A stretch of DNA of 64,000 nucleotides, taken from NCBI GenBank assembly GCA_977018835.1, contig OZ361256.1, forward strand, positions 5,208,001 through 5,272,000. The letters run 5' to 3'. The translations under genes were made by a program, and so were the position numbers. Below, piece by piece: positions 1 through 11,216 of this stretch (position 1 is the stretch's first letter; each line of letters opens with the position of its first letter). The notes below the pieces were generated by a model. It was not told the origin of the DNA. It saw only the letters and a program-made list of their open reading frames with translations, and did not search any database. The DNA is from Minutocellus sp. GHC0000111 (lineage: Eukaryota).

Positions 1-275
1 CGTCGATGGTGCTGTTGCTGAAGTTGATGTCGCTGTCGGGCCACCACGGAGTTGGTCGACGCCACCATTCCTCGCCTGGCACCCATCTGAAATGCCGCCG
101 TGGATCGAACGACCGCAGCTACCGTCACGGCCAACGTCGCCATTGCGTAGATGGGACGACGCCGGCGGCGACGATTGGGGTAGGTGACCGGTGAGACGGC
201 AACAGCAGAAGCAGCGGAAGCCAAGGTTCTCGTTCCGTAGGATGCGGACAAGGAGATGCTGGTCGTATCTTGCAT
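1..275 (-). CDS. 5' part of a gene running off the window; probable plastid-targeted protein of unknown function
   Basis: ATG at 275 opens a stop-free frame to the window edge: MQDTTSISLS...NRRRRRRPIYAMATLAVTVAAVVRSTAAF|QMG. This is a hydrophobic signal peptide ending in an AF cleavage motif. Divergent from TRAPPC4. Confidence 0.55.
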   Translation of the reverse strand, partial: MQDTTSISLSASYGTRTLASAASAVAVSPVTYPNRRRRRRPIYAMATLAVTVAAVVRSTAAFQMGARRGMVASTNSVVARQRHQLQQQHHR

Positions 276-622
276 GTGATGTGTTTCTTTCTCACTCGCT
301 GGAGGTGAGGGGAAGTGCCGAGCTTCTATGCGCAAAGCCAACCTCTTGTAGAGCTTAGCGTACCTAGTAGGTATGTGCTGATCTGCCGATGCCTCGTGCA
401 ATGCAGACACGCGGCGGAGCAAACTGCCGTTCCGTTTGATACCGCAGAAATTCAGTGCTCTTTTGGACGGCAGGAAAGTAAAACCCGAAATCAATATTGG
501 AGTTTTCTCACCATAACCCATTCTGACTCTCGGCCGCTCGCGTCGCATCGTGCCTCGTGTCTCCTACGAGTAATTGCCCATGGCGTTGTGTATCTGCCTG
601 TCACTTCAGTAGTAGTAAATAA

Positions 623-1585
623 ATGGCACCCCTCCACCTCTTCATCGTGAACAAGTCGGGCGGTCTGATTCATCACCGACCGCTCGGACCGCGGGCCCCC
701 CAAATCGGAACCAACGAGTGGTTGCGAATAGGGTCGACCTTCCACAGCTTGCACGCCATCGCTGCCGAGGCAAGTCCTGTGCGGCTACCGGGCAATAAAA
801 ATCCCTGTAAGTAGGATTTTGAATAAGTTATGCCTTGTTTGGATGCGATTCGATAATGTGGGTATACAGCTGGAGGAGGGTGCGCGTGGTGCTATGCGCG
901 CCTGGTCGATGCGGCATCGCATGCGCGATGAAGCCACGAACCTTCCCCCGACCAGAACTACGTACCAATAAATTGTAATTTCGGCTGCGTTCTGCCATGG
1001 AAAAACTATCCGGCCTCTCAACGAGCGGCCCATGGATGCATTCTCCGCCATACGTTTTTAAGCCAAGACCGATCTAGCCGAGCAACTATAGGAATCGCCC
1101 CAAGTTTAGGCCTTTGAACTTGCCTGGGGGCGTGTCGAACGCTCGTGACACCTCGTGCATGTTGAAGTCATGTATTCATGTGCGGCATATTCAATTTAAC
1201 TACTGTATTCATGTACCATCATACCTCACATCTCTCATCTCATTCATGTTCTCCATTTTCTACAACTGCTCATAAAAATTGACGTTCAGACGGAGCGGAT
1301 GACGGCATAGAAGTCATTGAAGCCGGCGGGCTCGTCCTGTGCTGCCTGCAAACCCGAACGGGGGTGAAATTTGTCATCACGGCCGAACCGGGCACTCCGG
1401 AACTTGACCTGATGCTGCGGGAAATCTATGTTTTGTATTCCGACTGCGCTCTGAAGGATCCATTTTACGAGCTTGAGATGCCAATCCGTACCGATTTGTT
1501 CACCAGTGCCGTGGATTCCTTGCTGGAGCGCTTCGAAAGTCGGAGCACCAAGAGCAGTGCGGATCGGCCGATTGTACGGTTCTAG
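623..1585 (+). CDS. TRAPPC4: TRAPP complex subunit 4 (Trs23/synbindin); exons 623-806 and 1290-1585
   Basis: LFIVNKSGGLI, NEWLRIGSTFHSLHAIA, LQTRTGVKFV and IYVLYSDCALKDPFYELEMPIR are sybindin-family motifs. The intron GTAAGT(807)...TTCAG(1289) joins the two ORFs in frame (phase 1). Confidence 0.93.
982..1151. repeat. 170-bp dispersed repeat, copy 1 (inside the TRAPPC4 intron)
   Basis: cggctgcgttctgccatgg...gtcgaacgctcgtgacac; matches 1659-1828 with 3 substitutions by eye. Confidence 0.95.
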
Positions 1586-1658
1586 CTCGGGATGAGTGTC
1601 AGGTGAGCATCCAATAAGCATTTTATCTATGGAGTTGTTTGAACAAAACCAATAATCA

Positions 1659-1828
1659 CGGCTGCGTTCTGCCATGGAGAAACTATCCGGCCTCTCAACG
1701 AGCGGCCCATGGATGCATTCTCCTCCATACGTTTTTATGCCAAGACCGATCTAGCCGAGCAACTATAGGAATCGCCCCAAGTTTAGGCCTTTGAACTTGC
1801 CTGGGGGCGTGTCGAACGCTCGTGACAC
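1659..1828. repeat. 170-bp dispersed repeat, copy 2 (just downstream of the TRAPPC4 stop)
   Basis: Direct-orientation copy of 982-1151. Confidence 0.95.
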
Positions 1829-2109
1829 TTCAATATCGTGAAATATGCATGCGTGGCTTTCTCTTTTCTTTATTTTCTTTCTCATGCCTCACACAAATAA
1901 ATCCTTTACTCCTCTACACATGCGCCCGGCCGGTACCTCCTTCCCGCCCATTAGGGAGTAGGGTTCCTGCCCTTCGTGTTACGTTAAGTTGTACATACAT
2001 AATACATAAAATACATGCTTGATAGGAAGCCGTGCTTTGAATGTATGTTATGTGCATTTATTTAAACTTTGCTAGCTAGCGAAAATTGTAAACCAACCAT
2101 GACCATCAA

Positions 2110-4934
2110 TTATTTTGGCGTCTCGTCTGGGGTTTGGCGCTTATCGCCGTTTACTCCCTCGACATCGTATGCATCGGTTACCTGTTGCATCGCCCTATCG
2201 ACTAGACTGCGCCGAGGAGTCTTGCCCTGCCTTCCAAACCAGTCGCTAATAGCCGAAGCTAGGCGTTCATCTAATACTTCGTCCTCGGCTTCGGTGGGAT
2301 CTGCGTTCGCACCGAGATATCCTTCAACAAAGCGACCAAAAAATCCCGGTCGGTCGGCGAACGGATCGTTTTCAGGCTCAGGGAAATCAATTTGCTCCAA
2401 CTCGGCCTTGATGTCCTCGATTGATACTGGTGGCAGCTCCAGTCTCGGCATGCCGTCGTCCATTTCCCTATCGGAAACCGACTCCGCGACTAGCTTGTCA
2501 TAAGCCTGCAAAACTTTTTGACGAGATGCGTTGGCAAGGGCCTCTTTTGCTGCATCTGCCGCTAGCTTATTCTTTCGAGCCACTCGCATGCCTTCGCGTA
2601 TCCTTTCAACTGTTATGATGAATGTTCGCTGGGGCACAGTGAATGCAATGTAGTGATTTCCTAAGAATCTCCCAGGTCGGACGACGGCGCTAATCTCAAA
2701 TCTCAGTGCTTCATCCTTGATGTAGACCGATTTGATCATGTTGTCTTCCCCGAGATAGTAGCCTGTCTTTTACTTGAGAGGGAGTGGAAAGAATGTATTG
2801 ATTGGTGGCGGGCGTTCTGGCTCTTTCATCTTGAAACGGCGAAAGGTTGCTTTGATATTTCTTTCCCATGCGCTTGGGCACTCAACGACCAACGTCAATT
2901 CGGGATCGATGATGCCAATGTATTTACCACCATCCCAAGTGCCCAATCTGGCTCGAAGTTTGAAGGAGTTTTCAATCGTTGGAGCATCTGGCGAGGCCCT
3001 CACCCGAACTCTACCTGTAAATATGAACTTATTGTCTTTGGTCCATTCAATATCACTCAATTCCACAACTTCAGTCAGTGGCGCTGCCTTCTCTCTTTGG
3101 TACCATTTCCGACCATAGAAAACAGCGCCATCAACAAAGTCGCGTATGGGACGGATCCTCTTCTTCAACACCCGTTCAACAAGTAATCGCAAGCCCATAT
3201 CCAGCAGAGTCGAGGTCAAAATATCCTCCCGGCTAAATGCAGCATTCACCGTCATTGTAAAGGGCTCCAATACAAGCGGGCCACCAGGAGTTATCTTTTT
3301 GATGCCAGGAAAGGCACCAAATAACAGGCGGCGAAGATCCAGTTTCAGATCAGATAGTTCGATATACCCTTCCTTGGTACTCTGTGGGATCAAGGTGGGA
3401 TCGTCACTAATATCAAGCACATTAGCGGCCTCAAGGTCGATGCTTGTTTCATTCAAGGCGTCCATTACTTGTCGTTTTCCGTTCACCTTCGGTGGAAGGG
3501 ATGATACATCCGTACTTGGCGCCTTTTCAATTTTGGTTTCAGCGGTGGACTTGGACTTACCGCCCTGTCGCCCTCTCCGAAAGACTCTGCCCACAAGCTC
3601 TCTCGGTCTAAACCAGGATCTCTGACCAGACGATTTCTCGATCTCCTCCTTCTTTTTCCGAAGCCGTTCCATCTTGGCTTCTCTCAAAGCGGACATGTCG
3701 CGCACCATGGCCTGATATTCCTCCCGGTCGACAACGCCATTACCGTCCGCGTCATAGAGCCGGACAAGACGAGATGCGAACCCTGCCATGACCCTCTTCG
3801 CCCTTCGTCCCTTGACGTTGGTTGCCTTGCTAAGTGCATCGGCGATTTCATCTTCGTCTAGTGCACCGCTATTGTCTACGTCGATGCGATCGAAGGCTTC
3901 GTCCATGCAAAAGATCGGTTCCGACGAGATTGATTCGGCGATCCGATCCTTCTCTTCGATGTTCAAATCGGCCTCAAAGTCGCGTATGGCCTCTGACAGA
4001 CCATTCATCCTCAACTGCTTGAACCCTAGCTTGGAGAAATTAATTTTTATGGAATCCACCTGTTTGCCCCACATTGGCGTGTCCCTTCGGGCATCGACCT
4101 CTACTTCGAGATCTTCGGCCTCTTCGGCAAGTGCCACCACAAGACCTGCAATTGTCCGAGCCATGCTGGTCTTCCGCCGCCGGGCACTTTCGCTCTCGGC
4201 GGTAACTGACGATGCCTTTTCCAGTAAAGTTGATAGCTCCTTTCCGGTCGTGGTTTCGCTTCGTATGCCCTCCTCGGCTGTGCGTGAGTGACGTCGTTTC
4301 CACAGCTTGCCGATGGATAAGATATTATTCGATGATGATGGCTGCTGCTTCTCTTCTTTTGATGCTGTTTCACCATTCCCTCTTTTAGCCCTGTCATCAC
4401 CATTGATCTCTTCGACATTTGTAATGGTGATCGATCCACCAAGGACGGATTCCATCTGCAATATCGTGTCAGAATCGTCATGAGATGCAAGCTCAATGTC
4501 TTGCGCAACTTCCTCCACAGAAAGACCTTGCTGATCTTGCGAGCGTAGAGGGGACGCCGGTACCTCATTCGAACATGTTGATCCGCTGCCGCTGACGACA
4601 TTGTTGTCGTCGAGGCGGTCAATGCGGGTCGTAGTGCAGGGGTCGCGGCAGTATTGGCGCCACGCTCCATCACGATTGCTCCAGCGACCGTCGCACCATG
4701 ATGCGAATTCAACGGAAATGCAAGGGTACACGTAGAGTGGAGCAAAACAGCCGAAGTGGCCACGACATGGAGCGGATATCTTCTGCGACGGAATCGCCTG
4801 CCTGATGGGGTTGATGCAGAAGAAGAGGACGAAGCGTCTCTGCTGTCTTGTTGAGCGGGGGCGGAAGCGGCAGCCGTTCGAGACCTCATTCTTTGGTAAG
4901 ATTGTGGCGGCAGATGGCCCAACGGATGCATCAC
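2110..4934 (-). CDS. EF-hand-containing protein, probably plastid-targeted; interrupted by a frameshift (~4550-4630) and an in-frame TAA (2770-2772)
   Basis: Two canonical EF loops, DVDNSGALDEDE and DADGNGVVDREE. The signal-like segment VVATSAVLLHSTCTLAF|P lies in the frame of ORF 4101..4934. ORF 2110..2739 is in the same frame as 2770..4731, separated only by one TAA. Confidence 0.7.
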
Positions 4935-5340
4935 TCTTTACTTTTGTTCGATCTGAAATACTGGGCTGATCTCACCCGTCGAGAAAGAAGATATGCTAAC
5001 TCTGACGATGAATCTACTCTATGTGCTTTCTTGCAGTGGGCATGATCACACGAATGGGCGTATAGGAATTCCTATTGCAGCTGCTGGTTCCGGAGGTTGT
5101 GATGGGTTGGTCCACTCTCGTGTTCTCTGATGGACATGCGCGATGACGACGCGCGCGCGGTTTGCGGGGTATCAGAAAAGCACAAACACCAGTGAATTGA
5201 AGAATGGAAAGTACTCTCAAATTCAAAAGTTGAGGCTCAACACATAGAAAATTTCATTTGGGGGCGGTCTTTCCGTTTCCCGCAGCCCTGATGTGCTGGA
5301 AGTACGCACTTCATTTTTGGTTCAACTTGTGATCATCACC

Positions 5341-6426
5341 ATGAGATCCCTCTGCCTAGCAGCCGTCGGAGGAGCGGCCGTTGCCGTCTCTGCGTTTACT
5401 CCAGGCAGCAGCAGTCATACTCCATGCCACGTCGGCATTCGGCAGCTGCGCTCGGCGACGCATCAGGATGTATCCTCCACCAGTGTCAGATCAACATCGT
5501 CGTCGTCCCGCCAACAACAAACCTCCTCCAGTCTGCAAGCACTGCTCTGGTCTCGGCGTCACAGCAGTAGTAGCAGCGATGGAGCATATCGGTCGGATAG
5601 TGGGTTGTTCCGTCAACATACGTCCGATTCCAATTCTGTCAGAAGCGGCACTGCGGAATTGACACACATTGTGGTACGGGCAATGCAGAAGGTCATGCTG
5701 ACCATCCGAAGGACGCTGGCCATTGCGTCTGCCGCTGCTCTGATTTATTTCGGATCGGCCCACCTGAACACACCGCCGTCACATGCCAACACGGCACCAG
5801 CATCGACGGCACCTCCGGTGGTCCGGATGCTGTCGGGTGGCGCATCCGCCTCTCGTCCGGGAGTTCAGCTGGCCTCCTCGACGGCGACGGCCGCCTCCAA
5901 GGCACGGTTGGATCAGATGGTCGATCGCTACGTCAAGAAGCACATGTTTGCCGACGATGCGTACGATCCGTTCGAATCAGCCTACCGCGAGGCCCACGCC
6001 GATCAGACCACGTCGACGTATCCCGAAACTCTTACCGAAACTGCGGCCGAAATCCTCGGAAAGAAGGAGGTGGCCAAGAAGACGGCGGAAACGTCCGCCG
6101 ATGGTGCCTTTGACGCCGCTCTGACCAAGCTGAACAAGTTTTCGGACTTTTTGGAGCGCAAGTATGGCATTAACAAGCAGCTGTCCATGTCCTCGGTGTT
6201 CATTGCCATCTTTACGGTCCCCGCCTTTGCCGTGTTGGTTGGTGTCACGGTGTTCGGCAACAGACAAAAGGAGATGACCGAGAGGTTGGCCGAGCAGAGG
6301 TATGGCAAGGCCATGATGGACGTGAGCGCTTCGGAGAGAGTGGATGACGACATTGATGCGCCAGATGATGATGAGTATGATTCAGAGGATGAGGATGACG
6401 ACGACGACGATGATGACGATGAATAA
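5341..6426 (+). CDS. Plastid-targeted membrane protein of unknown function with acidic tail
   Basis: MRSLCLAAVGGAAVAVSAF|TP bipartite presequence, Ser-rich transit peptide, hydrophobic helices (TLAIASAAALIYFG; VFIAIFTVPAFAVLVGVTVFG), poly-Asp C-terminus. Confidence 0.7.
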   Translation: MRSLCLAAVGGAAVAVSAFTPGSSSHTPCHVGIRQLRSATHQDVSSTSVRSTSSSSRQQQTSSSLQALLWSRRHSSSSSDGAYRSDSGLFRQHTSDSNSVRSGTAELTHIVVRAMQKVMLTIRRTLAIASAAALIYFGSAHLNTPPSHANTAPASTAPPVVRMLSGGASASRPGVQLASSTATAASKARLDQMVDRYVKKHMFADDAYDPFESAYREAHADQTTSTYPETLTETAAEILGKKEVAKKTAETSADGAFDAALTKLNKFSDFLERKYGINKQLSMSSVFIAIFTVPAFAVLVGVTVFGNRQKEMTERLAEQRYGKAMMDVSASERVDDDIDAPDDDEYDSEDEDDDDDDDDDE

Positions 6427-6565
6427 TGAGGAGAGTAGTGTAGTGGCATTCTAAGCTAACTTTTATACTGCGCACGCGTACGTAATACCTCAAGCTTGAG
6501 AAGTAATCTAACAAAATTATTAATGGCGTCAGTACACTACTACGTAGCTACGTAGTATTTTTTTT

Positions 6566-7714
6566 CTACAATCCAGCGGCCTTCTTCAAATTTTCCATCA
6601 TGTCATCGACTTCGCTCTTTTTGTTTTTTGTGTATGATCCCTCGGAAAAGAATGGCCCAGCAATGTGCTTCTTCTGTGTTGAACGGTCGAGATAGAATGC
6701 TCCGGGCTCCAGGTTCTTGCGTGGGGTCGACATCAACCAGGCAATGCCCTCGGCTCCCTGCCATTCCGTTCTCATTGGCTCAAGATATTTCTTGTCATCA
6801 CCAAACGCATCGTCAACAGCATTCGTCGTACTCCAGCCAGGATGACCAGTCACAAAGGCGACTTCGGGTTCGGCAACTGCCATCCGTTCAGCGAGCAATA
6901 CTTGTCCCCTTTTGGCGTATGTGTAGGAATTTGTTCCATCGTATTTCTCACCACAATTCGGTTGATTGGTGGCAACAGGCCAAGAGGGGAAGTTGGAAAT
7001 GAGCATGCCACCAGAAGTGACGTAGACAACTCTGGATTCGCTGCCGGCAGCCTTGAGCTGGGGCAGCAACAGATTGGAAAGCAAATAGCTGCCTCCGAGA
7101 AGATGCGCCGCAAATGTCACCTCGTTCCCCTCGGAAGTTACCCTCCGATCGTTCAGCAGCACGCCCGCATTACAAACCAGTACGTCGACTCGATCTTCCT
7201 TCGATTGGAGTTCCTTCACGACATTCCTCAACTGCGAGAGCTCTCCCACATCGGCGAGCAATATCTTGACATTGGAATCCTTGGCCTTGGTTTGCTCTAT
7301 GATTTCAGCCCTTGCCTTCTCGGCTCTGTCTTTGGACCTACAGAGCATGTACAAATTCGCACCCTTGGCTGCGGCGTACGTAGCCAACTCCTTGCCAATA
7401 CCACTGTTTGCCCCGGTGATTACGACGCATTTGTTGGTCATATCAACTCCGTCGGCACCCGCCTCCCCAATGCCAATGCTCGCACGATCCTGTACGGGGG
7501 ATGTGTACGACTTGATGTGACGGAGGTAGCCAGTCTTGGTAAAGTGTCGCTTCCCGTGAAGGAACCATTGCGTTGTGGATATGCCGGCGCCCATTGTACT
7601 TTTGACTTTGGATTGGACTGATCGGAACGATGATAGAGACGATGCAGGAATCAAATGGAAATACAGAATGAAGAGAAGTGGTATTAAGCGCGCGTTTGTG
7701 GGTTGCTGATTCAT
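6566..7714 (-). CDS. Short-chain dehydrogenase/reductase, DHRS12-like
   Basis: VITGANSGIG Rossmann motif, VLVCNAG, TSGGM, YTYAKR (YxxxK) and HPGW. Confidence 0.88.
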   Translation of the reverse strand: MNQQPTNARLIPLLFILYFHLIPASSLSSFRSVQSKVKSTMGAGISTTQWFLHGKRHFTKTGYLRHIKSYTSPVQDRASIGIGEAGADGVDMTNKCVVITGANSGIGKELATYAAAKGANLYMLCRSKDRAEKARAEIIEQTKAKDSNVKILLADVGELSQLRNVVKELQSKEDRVDVLVCNAGVLLNDRRVTSEGNEVTFAAHLLGGSYLLSNLLLPQLKAAGSESRVVYVTSGGMLISNFPSWPVATNQPNCGEKYDGTNSYTYAKRGQVLLAERMAVAEPEVAFVTGHPGWSTTNAVDDAFGDDKKYLEPMRTEWQGAEGIAWLMSTPRKNLEPGAFYLDRSTQKKHIAGPFFSEGSYTKNKKSEVDDMMENLKKAAGL

Positions 7715-8201
7715 TCATTCGGTCGTATCTTCAGTACCTCATTCGTTCGTTCGGCCTCCTTTTTGTTCATTGCGCTTTTCTGCGTCAGGCGTCAGCCAGT
7801 TCGACAGTCATGAGTCGAGCGAGTCGAGTCCATTGGCACGCTGCTGCTGCTGCTGTGGGCGTGGTTGGTTGCACCCGAGCTATCGGTAAGATAGAATCTA
7901 CTGTAGCTAGCTAGAGTCTAGCTAGAGAGAGACGTTGATGTGTCTACTAAATTCAAGGTCAGGGACCCGGCGTGAAGAATGTTATCCCCGATTCCATGTG
8001 TCGTCCCGTTCATTTTCAGGAGAATAGAACGGGCAACAATGGCCGTGTATGTTAATGCCGGGGCTCCTGCAAACGATTGTAGAGTTTGCATCGAGATTAA
8101 GCATGTTACTGTATGATACTAGAAATACACGTGTCAATATAATTCGTACCGATAGTATCTTCTCCCTGGATAGTCTAAGAAGATGAAATGATTTTACGTA
8201 C

Positions 8202-9204
8202 TTAGATACCAGCATTCACTTTTGCATTTGGTTTGACTCCCCACCACTGATACATTTGTCCACCAGGCACTGAAAACAATTGGTAATCAGCCGACTCTAC
8301 TTCTGAAAGGCTTTCTCTTGCAATGTCAAGCTCTTGTTTGGTGCAGGTTTCCAACTGTAGAAAATTCGGTGCAGCCGACTCCAACGACATGCGTAGCAAC
8401 TTCATTCCCTGTTCACAATGCCAATCAGAGTCGAAATCATCATCGTCGGCACCATCACACCACGGTTGGATCGCCATCCCATTTCCAAACAATGGGACAA
8501 ACGCATGGTTGGAGATGTCCCCCATACCAATTTGTCTCAAATACCCACCGATTTTAGGACCACGTCGAATATCTGCACCCAATTTCAGTGATGCGGCAAT
8601 GTGGGCTCTATGGATGAGGTCATTTGCATACAGTGGCGGGTCCGAAACGAAGCCGTCTGCATTCATGTCTTCGACCAGCATGATGCCACCCGGCTTGAGA
8701 CAGGCGGCCGCAGCCCGAAGCAACGCGACGGGATCGGGAACATGCACCACCAAATATCTCATCCAAAGTGCATCGTATTGGTTGGGAAATGTGGAGGCAG
8801 CCTCCTCTCCGCTCATGACTTGGAAGGAAACTCGATCTTGCCGCCGCTCATTTGATTCATAATTCGAAGTCCACTCGGGGTGATTGGTCGATAGTCGCTC
8901 CCTTGCCGATGCTATCATGGATTCGTTGGTATCGACGGCTGTTATTGTGGCACGAGGTGGTAGCCACTTGGCCACGTCGAGCGTGGTAAATCCAGCGCCA
9001 CAGCCTATCTCGAGCACCCGGTAGGCCACGCCAGCTTTGTCAGCGGCGGACGCCCTCGCAATGATGGTGGATCGGCGGAAGGCATCCTTGGATGTGTGGC
9101 GGAAGCAGAAATTGAGTACCTCCTGTCTCTCTGTGCTCGAGCTTGTTATGGATGTACTGATCGCCGCCGCTACTCGCGGCGCTATTATTGCTGGGCTCGC
9201 TCAT
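8202..9204 (-). CDS. Class I SAM-dependent methyltransferase (one frameshift near 9140)
   Basis: RVLEIGCGAG, ITAVD, YDALWMRYLVVHV and LKPGGIMLVED motifs. ATG at 9204 (MSEPSNN...YIHN) joins the downstream frame (STERQEVLNF...) after a 1-nt shift. Confidence 0.8.
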
Positions 9205-9478
9205 CGCCCATCGTCCAACAAAAAAGCAACGCGACGTGATTTCGGCGAAATTTTTTTTTGTTCTCGCACCGTCAAGGGCCTTGCTTGCTTGCTTGGCAAC
9301 TTCGCCGATGTGACTGTGAGCGCCTTCTTCTCGATTCAAACCGAGACTTTGCAAGACTTTATAGCAAGACTTTGGCATGCAAGATAGCCAAAAGTCGCTC
9401 TCCGTTCGACGTTTCCCACCAAAGTTTGGTGTTCTTCGCTCACAAAGCAACATTACTTGAAAGAAAACAAACTACACC

Positions 9479-10537
9479 ATGATCTCCTCCGTATCTCGTC
9501 GCACGCTGATCCCCACGATGGGCCGCATCCAAACTGCCCGTCAGTTCTCATCAGTCGTCCCTCCCAACGGCTCGCAGAACAAAACGAAAAAGAATTCCGA
9601 ATCTTCCACGGCCAAGCGGGAAGTACACAACTCTGCCCATTCCAAGGCCGATGCGCTCAAGGCAACCATAGACACTCCTCCTACCATCTCGGCATCGTCC
9701 GGCCTGGCCAAGCGATTCATTGTTACAGCTGAAGTATCCATTTCCAAGATCTTCCCCGCCGGATTCTGTTGGCAATCGTCGTCCATCATTGCTGAGAACC
9801 ATCTTGGATACGCCGCCGATTCCGCCGCCTTTGCCCTCACCACCGGCCTCGGCGATGCCCTCGGTGTCCTCTTTGGTCACACTGCATTCTACGCCGCCAA
9901 GAAGGCCACGGTCGACTCCTCCATCGACATGGAGCGGGAGGCCCACGTTGGTGTTCTGCTGGGCAGTGCCGCATTTTGCTCCGGTACCGCGTGGCAGCCT
10001 CTCGTCGATGCTCTCCAGGGCGCTGAACTTTCCTTCATGCAGGTACGTTGCAGGAATGCCAGACTTGAGAGTTTATTTCGGCATTGTACGTGGGGCCAGC
10101 CATTCCCACCGCCTTCTTTCCTGCATTGTTATTATTTCCCACAATCAACCACGCATTTTCCTCCTTTCTTATCAAACAACTACCAGGTATTTGCCGGAAC
10201 TTGGGTCGGTTGTGGTACCGCTTTTTACCTCGGCCTTCGTGCCGCAAGAACAATCCTATCCGGTCCCTTCAAGTACATCCAAGAGCCAACGTACGAGAAT
10301 AGCAAGACTGACATGAGTTTGTCGACCGTCATTGGTGGCGCCACCGGTTTCTTCGTTGGTACCGATGCCGCCTACCTCCCCAGCCAAAATTTTCTCATCG
10401 ATGTTGTCGGCATTACAGATGGCACTCCCGATATCGTTGGCTGTGCCATTGCCGGTACTTCCACCACGATGGGATTCGCCACCTCCCAAACGGCTCTCAA
10501 TGTTATTTTCCCCGCTGGAAAGTGCTGGAACGACTAA
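9479..10537 (+). CDS. Multi-pass membrane protein of unknown function with mitochondrial-type presequence; exons 9479-10042 and 10187-10537
   Basis: MISSVSRRTL...ARQFSS presequence and Gly/Ala-rich helices. The intron GTACGT(10043)...ACCAG(10186) is 144 nt and in frame. Confidence 0.75.
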   Translation: MISSVSRRTLIPTMGRIQTARQFSSVVPPNGSQNKTKKNSESSTAKREVHNSAHSKADALKATIDTPPTISASSGLAKRFIVTAEVSISKIFPAGFCWQSSSIIAENHLGYAADSAAFALTTGLGDALGVLFGHTAFYAAKKATVDSSIDMEREAHVGVLLGSAAFCSGTAWQPLVDALQGAELSFMQVRCRNARLESLFRHCTWGQPFPPPSFLHCYYFPQSTTHFPPFLSNNYQVFAGTWVGCGTAFYLGLRAARTILSGPFKYIQEPTYENSKTDMSLSTVIGGATGFFVGTDAAYLPSQNFLIDVVGITDGTPDIVGCAIAGTSTTMGFATSQTALNVIFPAGKCWND

Positions 10538-11216
10538 TCAACTTCCGCCGAGAGACAACATTTTTTTGAACAATTTTGAACAATTTTGGCCCCTTCCTAT
10601 TTGTCATTGCACACCCATACGGCAACTAGTGAGGCAATTTTGAATACATCCTTTGGACTTCGCTATCTCATCAGAGGTTAGATGAGACTTTGAGGTTACA
10701 GCTCAAAGGAAGAGAACTATTTTTTGAGAGCAGGAGGAGACCAACAACGCGCGCAAGCAATTTTTGTCCATGTCAGCCCCAAGCCATTTCTTTTTCAAGG
10801 CGAGAGCATAGAGGGCAATTTTGAGAAACTATATTGAACATAGAAACAACTCTAACAAGAGTAGAAAGTCATAAAAGCACCACGGAACATTTTGAGCTGC
10901 TTGTATCGAAGAGGTTCTAACGTTTGTGATCATGAAATGAATGTGCATTGGAAAAAGCAACATTGCAACATTCAGTCAAATTCTGCCTGCCTGCTCGCGT
11001 CGCTTTGCCTCCAATACGACGTCTGTCCGTTATCCAATCGCCATTATCGCCATCGCATCGTGCGCTTTGCGCTCTGCTTGCTTTGTTGCTTTGCTTTCCA
11101 CAGCAGTACCAGTTTGTCCGTCGGTCACCGTGTACACGAAGGTCTCGGTAGCCGTCTCGCCGTCACGGAGAGAATCATACTGGCCTGCAGGGTCAAAACT
11201 ACTACATGTACTGACC

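Noticed and set aside
982..995. gctgcgttct similarity to antisense 5.8S rRNA
   Set aside because: Only about 10 nt match; the rest of the repeat does not resemble rRNA or spliceosomal snRNAs
2763..2773. Micro-intron GTAAAAGACAG removing the in-frame stop
   Set aside because: Only 11 nt, and its removal would break the frame
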